Below, piece after piece: positions 38,622-48,128 of a stretch of 64,000 bases of DNA. Source of the stretch: Bacteroidales bacterium (lineage in GTDB: Bacteria; Bacteroidota; Bacteroidia; Bacteroidales; VadinHA17). Within the stretch, counting starts at the first letter, position 1. The number at the start of each line of letters is the position of its first letter. A program made the translations under genes and the position numbers. The notes below the pieces were generated by a model. The model was not told the origin of the DNA. It ran no database searches and was given only the letters and a program-made list of their open reading frames with translations. The stretch covers positions 14,184-78,183 of the forward strand of contig JAXLTU010000011.1 of assembly GCA_046329885.1 (NCBI GenBank), written 5' to 3'.

Positions 38622-39404
38622 CTATTTCTTTCCCTTGCTTAAATCTAGAATCTCAACCTTCCTGAATTCAACAGGGTGTGACTCAGCCTGGAGTGAAATA
38701 TATCCCGATTGAAGAGGCGTGCCATCGGCCAGGGGAAATCCCTCCGGCTTATCACCACCTATCTGGGGCTTTGAATAAACGAGCACGGTCTCGCCGTTCA
38801 CCTTGTGCCTGATCAGGCTGTCGCCGTATACTTCCAGTTCAGCTGTCACCCACACGTCGCCATGGAATGTTTTCGAGGAGGATGTTGTACAGTGTTGGGT
38901 GATAAGTGTATCGTGAATTACAATGTTAGTCGACGGCGTGCATACATTCATCGTTGGTCTTTCACCCTCGCCGGGGCCGCCCAGGAATTGAGCTTCAATA
39001 GATACAGGGAAATCCTGGTCGACAAGCATTGTCTCCGGTGCCTGGCAATGAAACATTATACCGCTGTTCCTGAATGCCCACGATGGACCTCCAGGGCATT
39101 GTTCACCGGTGAAACGGTATTCAACCCTGAGCCTGTAAGATGAGAACGGGGTCTTGTAAAAGATGTGCCCGTAATTGGCTTCAAACTTCTCGTATTCAGA
39201 ATAAGATACCTTCATTACGCCATCCTCGACCCTGAAAGTGTTCTTGTAGTTCACACCAGCCGGCGATCCCTTGATCTTTATTATCCAGTCGTTAAGATCC
39301 TTGCCATTGAAGAGCTGAACCCAGTTTTCTTTTTCAGTTTTTTTGCCACTCTGGCATGAAACGAACATGATTATTGCCAGCACGAGAGCGATGAGGTTTT
39401 TCAT
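38622..39404 (-). CDS. DUF1080 domain protein (3-keto-disaccharide hydrolase-like), lipoprotein
   Basis: Lipobox FVSCQ, WVQLFNGKDLNDW, FRVEDGVMKV and GYISLQAESHPVEFRKVEI. Confidence 0.8.
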   Translation of the reverse strand: MKNLIALVLAIIMFVSCQSGKKTEKENWVQLFNGKDLNDWIIKIKGSPAGVNYKNTFRVEDGVMKVSYSEYEKFEANYGHIFYKTPFSSYRLRVEYRFTGEQCPGGPSWAFRNSGIMFHCQAPETMLVDQDFPVSIEAQFLGGPGEGERPTMNVCTPSTNIVIHDTLITQHCTTSSSKTFHGDVWVTAELEVYGDSLIRHKVNGETVLVYSKPQIGGDKPEGFPLADGTPLQSGYISLQAESHPVEFRKVEILDLSKGKK

Positions 39405-39450
39405 ATAATTAGGTTGGTTAGTATGCTAATCAATTTTCGTCTTAAACCAA

Positions 39451-41352
39451 TCAGATTTTGCCTGTCAACTCCCTGGCTGTCCGCACTATTCCAGCTGCAT
39501 CGAAACCGCATTCCCTGATAAGTTCTTCCTGGGTGCCATGTTCAACAAAATAATCAGGAATGCCCAGCCTCCTCACCTTGGCTTTAAATCCCTTGTCGGT
39601 CATGTATTCAATAACAGCACTCCCGAATCCTCCCCTGAGTATACCATCTTCGACTGTTATTACCCTTTCAAATTTACTGAATACTTTTTCCAGTGTTTCA
39701 ATATCCAAGGGAGAAACGAACCTCATGTTGTAGTGCGCCGCTGATATGCCTTCATCCGAAAGAGTTTTCACGGCCGTCTTAACAAAATTTCCAGGATGTC
39801 CGAAGCTCAGGATCGCGATATCATTTCCTTCACTTACCAGTTGTGCCTTTCCAACAGTCAACTCCTCAAATGGCTGTTTCCAGATATTATGTACTCCTGA
39901 ACCCCTGGGATACCTTATGCTGAATGGCCCTTTAATCTTGTCGAGCTGGGCAGTGTACATCATGTTCCTCAATTCTAGCTCGTCCATCGGTGCCGCCACT
40001 ATCATATTGGGAACGTTCCTGAGGAAGGCTATATCAAAAAATCCATGATGAGTTGCCCCGTCTGAACCCACCAGGCCACCCCTGTCTATACAAAAAACAA
40101 CGTGTAGATTCTGTATTGCAACATCATGTACAACCTGATCATATGCTCTCTGCAGGAATGACGAATAAATATTGCAGTATGGAATAAGTCCCTGTGTTGC
40201 CAGACCCGCGGAAAAAGTTACCGCGTGTTGTTCAGCAATGCCCACATCGAATGTCCTTTCCGGCATCTCATCCATCATTATGCATAACGAACTGCCCGTT
40301 GGCATTGCAGGTGTAATACCGTAGATCAGATCATTCTCCCTTGCCAGTTCAAGAAGAGTTCTGCCAAAAACCTCCTGGTAAGGTAATGGACCTCCATCTT
40401 TTATGCTTTCAATAATCTCGCCGGTCTCTTTATTAAAAACTCCTGGCGCGTGATACTTGGTCTGGTTCTCTTCGGCTTTCCTGAAGCCCTTCCCTTTAAC
40501 TGTGAGACAGTGAAGCAGCTTTGGACCCGGTATATTCCGGAGATCCTTCAGGACATCTGCAAGGTGCATCACGTCGTGTCCGTCTATCGGGCCGAAATAT
40601 CTGAAATTCATTCCTTCGAACAGGTTACTCTTGTCAAGTATCGTGCTTTTCAGACCCGCTTCTATCTGTGCTGCAAGATCCCTGGCGTTAGGACCGATCT
40701 TGTTGACCTTACCAAGGAAACGCCACATGCCATTCTTGAACCTGTTATAGGTGCGGCTGGTTGTAATATCCAGAAGGTATTCCTTGAGAGCTCCCACGTT
40801 AGGGTCAATGGCCATGTTGTTATCGTTGAGAATAACAAGCAGATCGGATTTTTGAATACCCGCGTTGTTCAGACCCTCGAAAGCCATGCCGGCTGTCATG
40901 GCACCATCGCCAATAACAGCTACCACCTGCCTGTTTTCTCCCTTCTTCCTTGCAGCAACAGCCATCCCGAGTGCAGCGGAGATCGAAGTGGACGAGTGCC
41001 CTACACCAAAAGCATCATATTCACTCTCTGCCATCCTTGGGAAACCGCTTATTCCCTTGTATTTCCTGTTGGTGTGAAACACTTCCCTTCTACCGGTAAG
41101 TATCTTGTGCCCGTAAGCCTGGTGACCAACATCCCAGATTATCTTGTCGTAAGGCGTGTTGAACACGTAGTGCAACGCGACAGTAAGTTCAACCACTCCG
41201 AGGCTGGCTCCAAAATGGCCAGGATTGGTGCTGACAACATCAATTATAAATGAGCGCAACTCCTCGCTTACCCTGACAAGTTCCTCGGGTTTAAGCTTCC
41301 TTAAATCACCCGGGTCCTTTATTTTAAAAAGCAGACTCTCTGCCGTGTTCAT
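39451..41352 (-). CDS. dxs: 1-deoxy-D-xylulose-5-phosphate synthase
   Basis: 633 aa with GHSSTSISAALG and GDGAMTAGMAFEGLNNAG (TPP-binding). Confidence 0.95.
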   Translation of the reverse strand: MNTAESLLFKIKDPGDLRKLKPEELVRVSEELRSFIIDVVSTNPGHFGASLGVVELTVALHYVFNTPYDKIIWDVGHQAYGHKILTGRREVFHTNRKYKGISGFPRMAESEYDAFGVGHSSTSISAALGMAVAARKKGENRQVVAVIGDGAMTAGMAFEGLNNAGIQKSDLLVILNDNNMAIDPNVGALKEYLLDITTSRTYNRFKNGMWRFLGKVNKIGPNARDLAAQIEAGLKSTILDKSNLFEGMNFRYFGPIDGHDVMHLADVLKDLRNIPGPKLLHCLTVKGKGFRKAEENQTKYHAPGVFNKETGEIIESIKDGGPLPYQEVFGRTLLELARENDLIYGITPAMPTGSSLCIMMDEMPERTFDVGIAEQHAVTFSAGLATQGLIPYCNIYSSFLQRAYDQVVHDVAIQNLHVVFCIDRGGLVGSDGATHHGFFDIAFLRNVPNMIVAAPMDELELRNMMYTAQLDKIKGPFSIRYPRGSGVHNIWKQPFEELTVGKAQLVSEGNDIAILSFGHPGNFVKTAVKTLSDEGISAAHYNMRFVSPLDIETLEKVFSKFERVITVEDGILRGGFGSAVIEYMTDKGFKAKVRRLGIPDYFVEHGTQEELIRECGFDAAGIVRTARELTGKI

Positions 41353-41378
41353 GTGAAAAATGCTATTTCCCGTGGCTG

Positions 41379-41386
41379 CAAAGATA
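41379..41386 (-). promoter_or_regulatory. Bacteroidetes-type -7 promoter box upstream of dxs
   Basis: The minus strand reads TATCTTTG (TAnnTTTG), about 27 nt upstream of the dxs ATG at 41352. Confidence 0.35.
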
Positions 41387-41511
41387 ATAATTATTATTCC
41401 CGGCAGTCAGTAAATCCTGTGACCGGATTTTGTTATTTTTACTGCAAAATTGCTCTCTTCTGAAACAATAACGGGGGAAGAAAAGTTGTTGTAAAAACAA
41501 AAAATAAACTT

Positions 41512-42525
41512 ATGAAACGATCATCAAGATATTTTCTCATTCTGGCGTTCCTTTCACTAATCGCTTTTTCGTGCGTTCCAGGTAAAAAATATCGTTCACT
41601 CGAGGATTCAAGCCGAGTTTATATGAACGAACGCGACGAGCTTAAAGGCGAGAACCTTCAGCTTTCCATGACAAACAGGGAGCTGGAAGCAAAACTGGCC
41701 GGGATTGATAAGGAAACATCTGGACTGAAGCAGGAGATCCAGGCGGTGAAGTCGGAACGCGACAGGCTGAAGGATGAATACAGCCGTCTTCTTGCCAAAG
41801 TGAATGATCTTCAGAATGCCCAGGAAGATCTGATAAAAGGTAACGTGAACGAGACAAAGAGATTACTGGCCGAACTGCAGACCGCCCAGGAAAACCTCCA
41901 GAAGAAAGAAGACCTTCTCCGTCAGCTTGAGCTAAATCTCGACACGAAAAAAGCCTCGCTCGATGAGCTTTCTTACGAGCTTGAGAAAAGGAATGACAGG
42001 ATGAAGGAGATGGAACAGATTCTGGATGCCCAGAAAAAGATCGTTCAGGATCTGAAAAACAAGGTGTCTGAAGCCCTTCTCGGGTTCGAGAACAAGGGTC
42101 TTACCGTAAGCATGAAGAACGGGAAGGTATATGTATCGCTCGATGAGAAACTTCTCTTCAAAACAGCCAGTTGGGAAATCGATGCCAATGGGAGAAGCGC
42201 ACTACGGAACCTAGCATCTGTTCTCGAGAAGAACCCTGATATTCAGATCACCATCGAGGGCCATACAGATAATGTACCTTATAATCCTTCCGGAAGCCAG
42301 TTAAAAGATAACTGGGACCTCAGTGTTAAAAGGGCTACCACGGTAGTAAGAGTATTGCTCGAGGGAACCAGGATCGATCCTAAAAGACTTACTGCCGCCG
42401 GGAGAAGCCAGTATCTGCCAGTAGATGACAGGAACACGACGGATGCAAGGCAGAAAAACAGGAGGACGGAGATCGTTCTAACTCCTGATCTTTCAGAACT
42501 TTACAGGCTTATCGACAAGTATTGA
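41512..42525 (+). CDS. OmpA family lipoprotein with long N-terminal coiled coil
   Basis: Lipobox IAFSCV, about 170 aa of E/K/L/Q-rich heptad-like sequence, then the OmpA_C domain (TIEGHTDNVPY, NWDLSVKRA, NRRTEIVL). Confidence 0.85.
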   Translation: MKRSSRYFLILAFLSLIAFSCVPGKKYRSLEDSSRVYMNERDELKGENLQLSMTNRELEAKLAGIDKETSGLKQEIQAVKSERDRLKDEYSRLLAKVNDLQNAQEDLIKGNVNETKRLLAELQTAQENLQKKEDLLRQLELNLDTKKASLDELSYELEKRNDRMKEMEQILDAQKKIVQDLKNKVSEALLGFENKGLTVSMKNGKVYVSLDEKLLFKTASWEIDANGRSALRNLASVLEKNPDIQITIEGHTDNVPYNPSGSQLKDNWDLSVKRATTVVRVLLEGTRIDPKRLTAAGRSQYLPVDDRNTTDARQKNRRTEIVLTPDLSELYRLIDKY

Positions 42526-42609
42526 TCTGTCAGCCGGTATTACATCTCACCGCGAGGGATATATAATTTTATCCCTTGTGATATCCTTGGTAATAACGTC
42601 TTTATAATT

Positions 42610-44160
42610 TCACTTGCTAAACTCGAGCAATCTGGCTTTCATGTTTTTCAAGGCCTGGAGAAGATTCTCCTCCGGTCTGAGGAAATCCATATCACCCCAG
42701 AAGGATTGATCGTAGTTGGAAATCGTTCTTGAAAAGACAGAATGTATTGGTGCCAGTTCCTCCCTGTCGAAACGGGTCACGTTATCGGTGGTTAATTCCG
42801 TTACTGCAAGTTCAAAGAAGACGATGAAGCTGGAATTGAACAGCCTGTTGTTCTTTCTGGCACTGAATGTCAGATCTCCCCTTACATGGCTCAGGTAGTA
42901 CCTGTCATTGAATTTCCTGTAACTTACTGAATATTTCATTGTCACGGGCCAGACTTTATAGCCTTTGGCCTGGTATGTCACGAATTCCTCGCGGTCGCGG
43001 TGAATGAACCTCGGGTTCATCTCGAATTCAGCCTGTACGATGGCGTAATCTGAAGTGTTTATATACATTGTTCCCCTGAAAAGAGGAATATCGACGGTCG
43101 CTTTTTGCACGAAATCGACAACGAAAGCCGATTCACCATCAATTGTTACAATGTCTGTCATCCGGTAATCATACTGGGCATAATTATCCGGATGAAGAAA
43201 ATCGAAAGTGTTCCTCGCTCCATCGAGTTGAAGACTGCTGCTTAGCCCGGCTTTGAGCCTCACAGCAAGGGTATCTGTCGATTCAAGATTCTCAATCTTC
43301 CTGCTTCTTATCACTTTGACCTGGTCACCAAGCAATGTATTCAAGTAGCTGCTCTTGAATATTTTCAGAATTGCTTCTGAGTAATTCTGCAAGGCATCTT
43401 TCTTCATGGCTGCCTCGCGGTAAAAGGCAGTAAGATAGGCAGGTGTGTTACCATAGTTCCTGCCAATTGAGGTATAAGCTTTTCTTACAATCTCGTAAGG
43501 CACCTGGTTACGGATAATGATTTCGGGAATTGATATATACTCCCTCATCATTTTAATATTGAAGTTATTCCCTATTGCCTGTTTGACAGGAATCCTCCTG
43601 TTGTAGTACCCAAGATAAGAGACAGTAAGTGAGTCCTTTATATCATCCCTTGTAATTTTCAAGTCGAAAATGCCGTTGTTATTTGTCACGGTTCCCCTGC
43701 CCTTGCTAACGATTCCTATTGTCGCGAATGGCAGTGGCTCATTTGTCTCGTTGTCAGTGATTGTCCCGGTAATTGTCCTGGTTTCCCAGTCTGGAACAGT
43801 CTCGGGCTTTGGCATCTCCGATGGGACATACTTATAAATAATTATATACTTGTTGATTACAGAGTATCGAAGTGAGTCATTTGAAAGAAGTTCATCAAGG
43901 ATATTGGAAAGGGGAGTCCTTACGAAATTAACATCCTTCTTCGCGTCAGTATTAATGAGCTTGCTGTCGTAGGTGAAATAGTATCCGGTTTGCCTGCTCA
44001 GAATATTCAAGGCCGAGGAGATTTTCACCGTGCCTGCCCTTACAGTAAAAGCCGAATCGAGTATGCCCGTCTGAGCTTGTAAGCGGGCACCCCAGGCAAA
44101 TATTGCCAGGAAGAACAGACCGGCAAATCCATTAAATAGACGGCCTTTGGCAGACAGCAT
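42610..44160 (-). CDS. STN-like signalling domain + CarboxypepD_reg domain protein with unassigned C-terminal domain (not a TonB-dependent receptor)
   Basis: Signal peptide, then VKISSALNILSRQTGYYFTYDSKLIN...LSNILDELL...LRYSVINKYIIIY (SusC/FecA-type N-terminal extension), then ITGTITDNETNEPLPFATIGIV...TVTNNNGIFDL. Only about 300 further residues remain, and these are homologous to 45698-46992. Confidence 0.65.
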   Translation of the reverse strand: MLSAKGRLFNGFAGLFFLAIFAWGARLQAQTGILDSAFTVRAGTVKISSALNILSRQTGYYFTYDSKLINTDAKKDVNFVRTPLSNILDELLSNDSLRYSVINKYIIIYKYVPSEMPKPETVPDWETRTITGTITDNETNEPLPFATIGIVSKGRGTVTNNNGIFDLKITRDDIKDSLTVSYLGYYNRRIPVKQAIGNNFNIKMMREYISIPEIIIRNQVPYEIVRKAYTSIGRNYGNTPAYLTAFYREAAMKKDALQNYSEAILKIFKSSYLNTLLGDQVKVIRSRKIENLESTDTLAVRLKAGLSSSLQLDGARNTFDFLHPDNYAQYDYRMTDIVTIDGESAFVVDFVQKATVDIPLFRGTMYINTSDYAIVQAEFEMNPRFIHRDREEFVTYQAKGYKVWPVTMKYSVSYRKFNDRYYLSHVRGDLTFSARKNNRLFNSSFIVFFELAVTELTTDNVTRFDREELAPIHSVFSRTISNYDQSFWGDMDFLRPEENLLQALKNMKARLLEFSK

Positions 44161-44177
44161 CCGCGGGGTTTTTATTA

Positions 44178-45149
44178 TTACCTGGAGAGATGGTAAACAT
44201 CACCCTCTTTCCTGGAACTAAGGTTAAAGGTAGTACAAATAATTTTTATCACCGTGTCCTGGGGCATTTTGTCAAAAACACCAACCAGCGACCTTGAATT
44301 TATATCGGAGTCGTCAGCAATGATATTAATATTGTAAACTCTCTTGAGATCGCTGAAAACAGCATCAAGTTTTTGGCCGTTGTATACCAGCAGATCAGTC
44401 TTCCACGCTATATAGTTCTGGTTCTCGTTCAGGTGGCTTTCCTTGTTGCCGTTACCCAACTGACCGATGTAACCTGGTTCAAGTATCAAGGTCTGATTTC
44501 CAGAAGCATCGGAAAGCATTACCTTCCCTGTTTCAACAAGCACTTCGACTTCATTTTTCGAGTTGCTCGTGATGACATTAAAGCTGGTGCCGAGAACCCT
44601 GACTGTCCCGTTTCCGGCATCAATAATAAATGGATGACTTGCATCGTGTGAAATATCGAAGAAGGCCTCACCATTGAGCTTGACATTTCGAGTTCCTTCC
44701 TTAAACTCTTTCGGGTAGGAGAGTTCTGAATTGCGGTTCAGCCAGACTTTGCTGCCATCAGGAAGAGTGACCTCGACATTCCTGTCATTTGCCCCGGTTG
44801 ATACTGAAAGCATATCGTTCCTGTTCCCCGGTAAGTAAAGGATAGTGAGTCCGATACCTGCAAGTAGTGCAATAGCGGCAGCTATCCTTAAAGCTGGCCA
44901 TAATCTTCTAGTCACAGTCTTGCCGGATGCAATCTCCTCGCTTTCTGTTATCCTGTCATTTACCTTCTTCCAGGCAGCATCCACGTCTGCATTATATGTG
45001 GAGTTGCCAATCTCTGCCCAGGTCTTCACGACTTTCAGTTCTTCATCAGAATCGAAAGCCGGAAGATCGTGGTTTCCCGTCGCCTCGCCCGACAGTTTTG
45101 CCGCGAGCTTTTCCCAATCCATGTCGTTATATTTATCTGTGTTCTTCAT
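44178..45149 (-). CDS. FecR family anti-sigma factor (FecR + DUF4974-like)
   Basis: Cytoplasmic N-terminus, one TM helix (LRIAAAIALLAGIGLTILY), and a periplasmic part with VTLPDGSKVWLNRNSEL...LNGEAFFDI. It overlaps the sigma factor stop (ATGA). Confidence 0.8.
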   Translation of the reverse strand: MKNTDKYNDMDWEKLAAKLSGEATGNHDLPAFDSDEELKVVKTWAEIGNSTYNADVDAAWKKVNDRITESEEIASGKTVTRRLWPALRIAAAIALLAGIGLTILYLPGNRNDMLSVSTGANDRNVEVTLPDGSKVWLNRNSELSYPKEFKEGTRNVKLNGEAFFDISHDASHPFIIDAGNGTVRVLGTSFNVITSNSKNEVEVLVETGKVMLSDASGNQTLILEPGYIGQLGNGNKESHLNENQNYIAWKTDLLVYNGQKLDAVFSDLKRVYNINIIADDSDINSRSLVGVFDKMPQDTVIKIICTTFNLSSRKEGDVYHLSR

Positions 45150-45678
45150 TCTGCCAATGCTTTTCTGAACTCCTTGAGAGCCCTTCCCATGTTTGCTTCA
45201 ACCGTTTTTACCGATATAGATAACTTCTCAGCTATCTCCGTGTATTTCAATCCCTCGAACCTGTTCATGCAGAAAATCTGCCCGCATCTTTCCGGGAGCC
45301 GCTCCAGGATAGCGGCTATCCTCGACTGCAATTCAGAATACTGTATCAGGTCGGATGGTGATTCGGCAGTATCGGTATCTGCCGTCATCAATTCCCTGGA
45401 ATACCTGTCTTTTACCTTGAGATGTTCAATATGGTGAAGGCACCTGTTATGAACAGCCCTGTAAAGATACCCATTCAAAGAACTTTCGATATTCAGCTTT
45501 CGCGTTCCTTCCAGATCCTGAAGAATAGATCCTGCACTATTTCTTCGGCAGTATCATAATCCCTGACCAGTGTTCCCGCGTATCGAACCAGTGATGAATA
45601 GGAGGACCGGAAGAGTGTTTCAAACTGTCCTTTGTCACCTTGCCGGATCCTCTCTACTATTTCACTGTCCCTGAGCAT
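45146..45678 (-). pseudogene. ECF-type RNA polymerase sigma-70 factor, split by a single frameshift as assembled
   Basis: ORF 45493-45678 holds region 2 (EEIVQDLFFRIWKERES). ORF 45146-45478 holds LNGYLYRAVHNRC and region 4 (LKYTEIAEKLSISVKTVEANMGRAL). Adding one A to the minus-strand AAA run (plus-strand TTT at 45498-45500) joins them as ..RE-K-LNIESSLNGYLY... Confidence 0.8.
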
Positions 45679-45697
45679 ATATTATCGGGCGGATCAA

Positions 45698-46992
45698 TTA
45701 CCTGTCACTGAACTTAACCTTCCTGGCGATTCGGCGGATTGCTGATTCGATACTCTGGTCAGGTTCAATAACGTTGTATTCTCCCCAGAAATCCGGATCT
45801 GCAAATGCTGCAACCTCCTCTATGAAGATATCGTTTCCTCTGAGTTTTTCCTTTCCTGCAAATTTAATAACTTCTTCTTCAGTTCTGTCAGTCACTGCCA
45901 TCTCCGACATCGTGGTGTAGGTAGTGTTAAAGAGTTTCCTCTTCCAGTTCACCTTGAATTTTACTTCAGCCCTCGAGTAAGAGAAGTAATATTTCCCGTC
46001 CTGTTCACGGTATTTAACCATGTAACTTGCCAGTTCCGGGGTAACTTCCATGCCGGAGGTTTTTTCTTGATAAAGAGTGAAGCTGCTTCATCCTTGTTTG
46101 TAAGGTTGAAACCAAATTCTGCCGCGGATAGGGCGTAGTTGCTGGTGTTGATGTAGAATTTACCTATGAAAAGCGGTATCTCCACACCTGGTTTCTGCTG
46201 GAACTCTATAACGTAATGTGGTTTCCCGTCTATCTCAATCACACCCGAGAGCTTGTAATCGTAATACTTCATGGCATCGTAGGTCAATATAGCTTCCGGG
46301 TTCTTGGCCATGTCAAGCTCAAGTGATGTAACCGGGCCTCCCTGTAGTTTAAACAATACTGTATCAACTTTTTCGATGTCGGTGTTCTTCCTGCCCTTGT
46401 AAATTCTGGTACCATCGAAACGCAGATCGTTGCTGTAAGGAGCTTTAAAAATCTCGACGAGTGCTTCACCTATAGAAACATAGGTCCTGTTCTTCCTGAT
46501 AGTCTCCCTGTAGAATGCGGTCATGAGGTTAGGAACATTAGCGTAGTTCTTGCCAATGGCACTAACAGTCCTCTGCATGATTTCATCCGGCATCATGGGC
46601 TTGATGATGATCTCCTTGATAGGAATCGGAGCTGTTTCGAGGGTGATAATGTTCTTGTAGCCATTGTTCCTCATTTCAGAAAGAGGAATAAGCTTGTTCT
46701 TGTAACCGAGGAACGATACCTCCAGGTTCTTGTAGTTCTGCGGGTCAGATATCTTGATGAGGAATTCCCCGTCGATGTTTGTAACAGTGGCAACATTAGA
46801 TTCCTTTACAGATACTGATGCAAAAACGAGAGGCGCAAGGGTTTCCTTGTCAACGACCTTGCCTTTTATTACTAGTACATTCTGCTGGTCGTTTTTCTTC
46901 TTGTCCCTCGATTCTGCAGCTGATGATTCAACTGCTGTGATGAAGATCAACGCTGTCATCGCGATCATCAACACGTTTTTAATAGATTTCAT
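45698..46992 (-). pseudogene. CarboxypepD_reg domain protein, paralog of 42610-44160 lacking the STN part, split by a single frameshift as assembled
   Basis: Signal peptide, then IKGKVVDKETLAPLVFASVSV...TVTNIDGEFLI. NYANVPNLMTAFYRET and IPLFIGKFYINTSNYAL parallel the paralog. ORFs 45961-46992 and 45698-46051 join as FIKKK-TSGMEVTPEL if the A6 run (plus-strand T6 at 46060-46065) is A7. Confidence 0.6.
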
Positions 46993-47124
46993 GGCGTCTG
47001 TTTTTAAGTTATTATTATGGACTTTTTGTTTGTTTTCAATCGTATGACCGCCTTAGTCAATAAATACCCTATCGCCGGTCAGAAAAAGTTTCTAAATTGT
47101 CATCCGTAACATCCCTTGAAAACG

Positions 47125-48084
47125 ATGAGATTCAGCGCTCTTTCCAACTTGCCGGTTATATCTGCCTCATATGCCGCATCAGTGGCTTCGGGCAGACCAT
47201 TGGTATGGGGTATGCCACCAGCTGTTGGAATAGAACTCACGAACTATTGCAACCTGTCGTGCCCGGAATGCCACACTGGTTCCGGAGCTGGAACCAGAAC
47301 GAGAGGCTTCATCGATCCAGCATTATTCAGAAAGATCATTGATGAGCTTAAACCCTGGCTCCTGAATATTAATCTCTATTTCCAGGGTGAACCCATGATG
47401 CACCCGCGCTTTTTCGACCTGCTTGAATTGTCATCAGGGATCAATACAACACTTTCTACCAACGGCCATTTCCTGTCTGAAGAGAATGTAAGGGCTCTTG
47501 CTGCTTCAAAACTCGGAACAATTATAGTTTCGCTCGATGGTATGACTGAAGAAACCTATTCAAAGTACAGGGTTGGAGGCCACTTCTTCAAGGTTGTCGA
47601 CGGAATCAGAAAACTTGCTGATGAAGTCAGGCGATCCGGATCACCATTAAGGGTTAAAATCCAGTTTCTTGTAAACAGGTATAATGAGCATCAAATTGCT
47701 GATCTGAAGAATTTTGCGAGGGAACATGGCGCCGGTGTAATCCTCAAATCGATGCAGGTTATTTCGGCAGATGCTCATGCTGATTGGATGCCTGAAATGC
47801 CTGCTTTCAAGAGATACGAGAACAGCACGGGTATTTACATGCTGAGAAGCAGACTGTCTGACAGGTGTGCCAGGTTGTGGTTCAACCCGGTGATAACCTG
47901 GGATGGTAAAGTACTGCCCTGTTGCTTTGACAAGGATGGTGATCATGTAATGGGTGATCTGACTAAAACTGATTTCCGAACTACCTGGCATGGAAAAACA
48001 TTTAATGCCTTCAGGTCATCCCTGCTTGAGGCCAGAAAGGAAATAAGGATGTGCACGAACTGCACCTCGGGACTAAAAACCTGA
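47125..48084 (+). CDS. radical SAM / SPASM domain protein
   Basis: ELTNYCNLSCPEC (CX3CX2C) and a C-terminal Cys-rich region (LPCCFDKDGDHVMGDL, MCTNCTSG). ATG at 47125 is preferred to TTG at 47116. Confidence 0.8.
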   Translation: MRFSALSNLPVISASYAASVASGRPLVWGMPPAVGIELTNYCNLSCPECHTGSGAGTRTRGFIDPALFRKIIDELKPWLLNINLYFQGEPMMHPRFFDLLELSSGINTTLSTNGHFLSEENVRALAASKLGTIIVSLDGMTEETYSKYRVGGHFFKVVDGIRKLADEVRRSGSPLRVKIQFLVNRYNEHQIADLKNFAREHGAGVILKSMQVISADAHADWMPEMPAFKRYENSTGIYMLRSRLSDRCARLWFNPVITWDGKVLPCCFDKDGDHVMGDLTKTDFRTTWHGKTFNAFRSSLLEARKEIRMCTNCTSGLKT

Positions 48085-48128
48085 TCATTTCCCAATATTT
48101 TGTATATTGATAAAAAAACCTGCTGAAA

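Noticed and set aside
40450-41253. 267-aa plus-strand ORF
   Set aside because: It lies entirely antisense within dxs, whose identity is unambiguous. The translation is low-complexity with no recognisable motif, so it is a typical shadow ORF.
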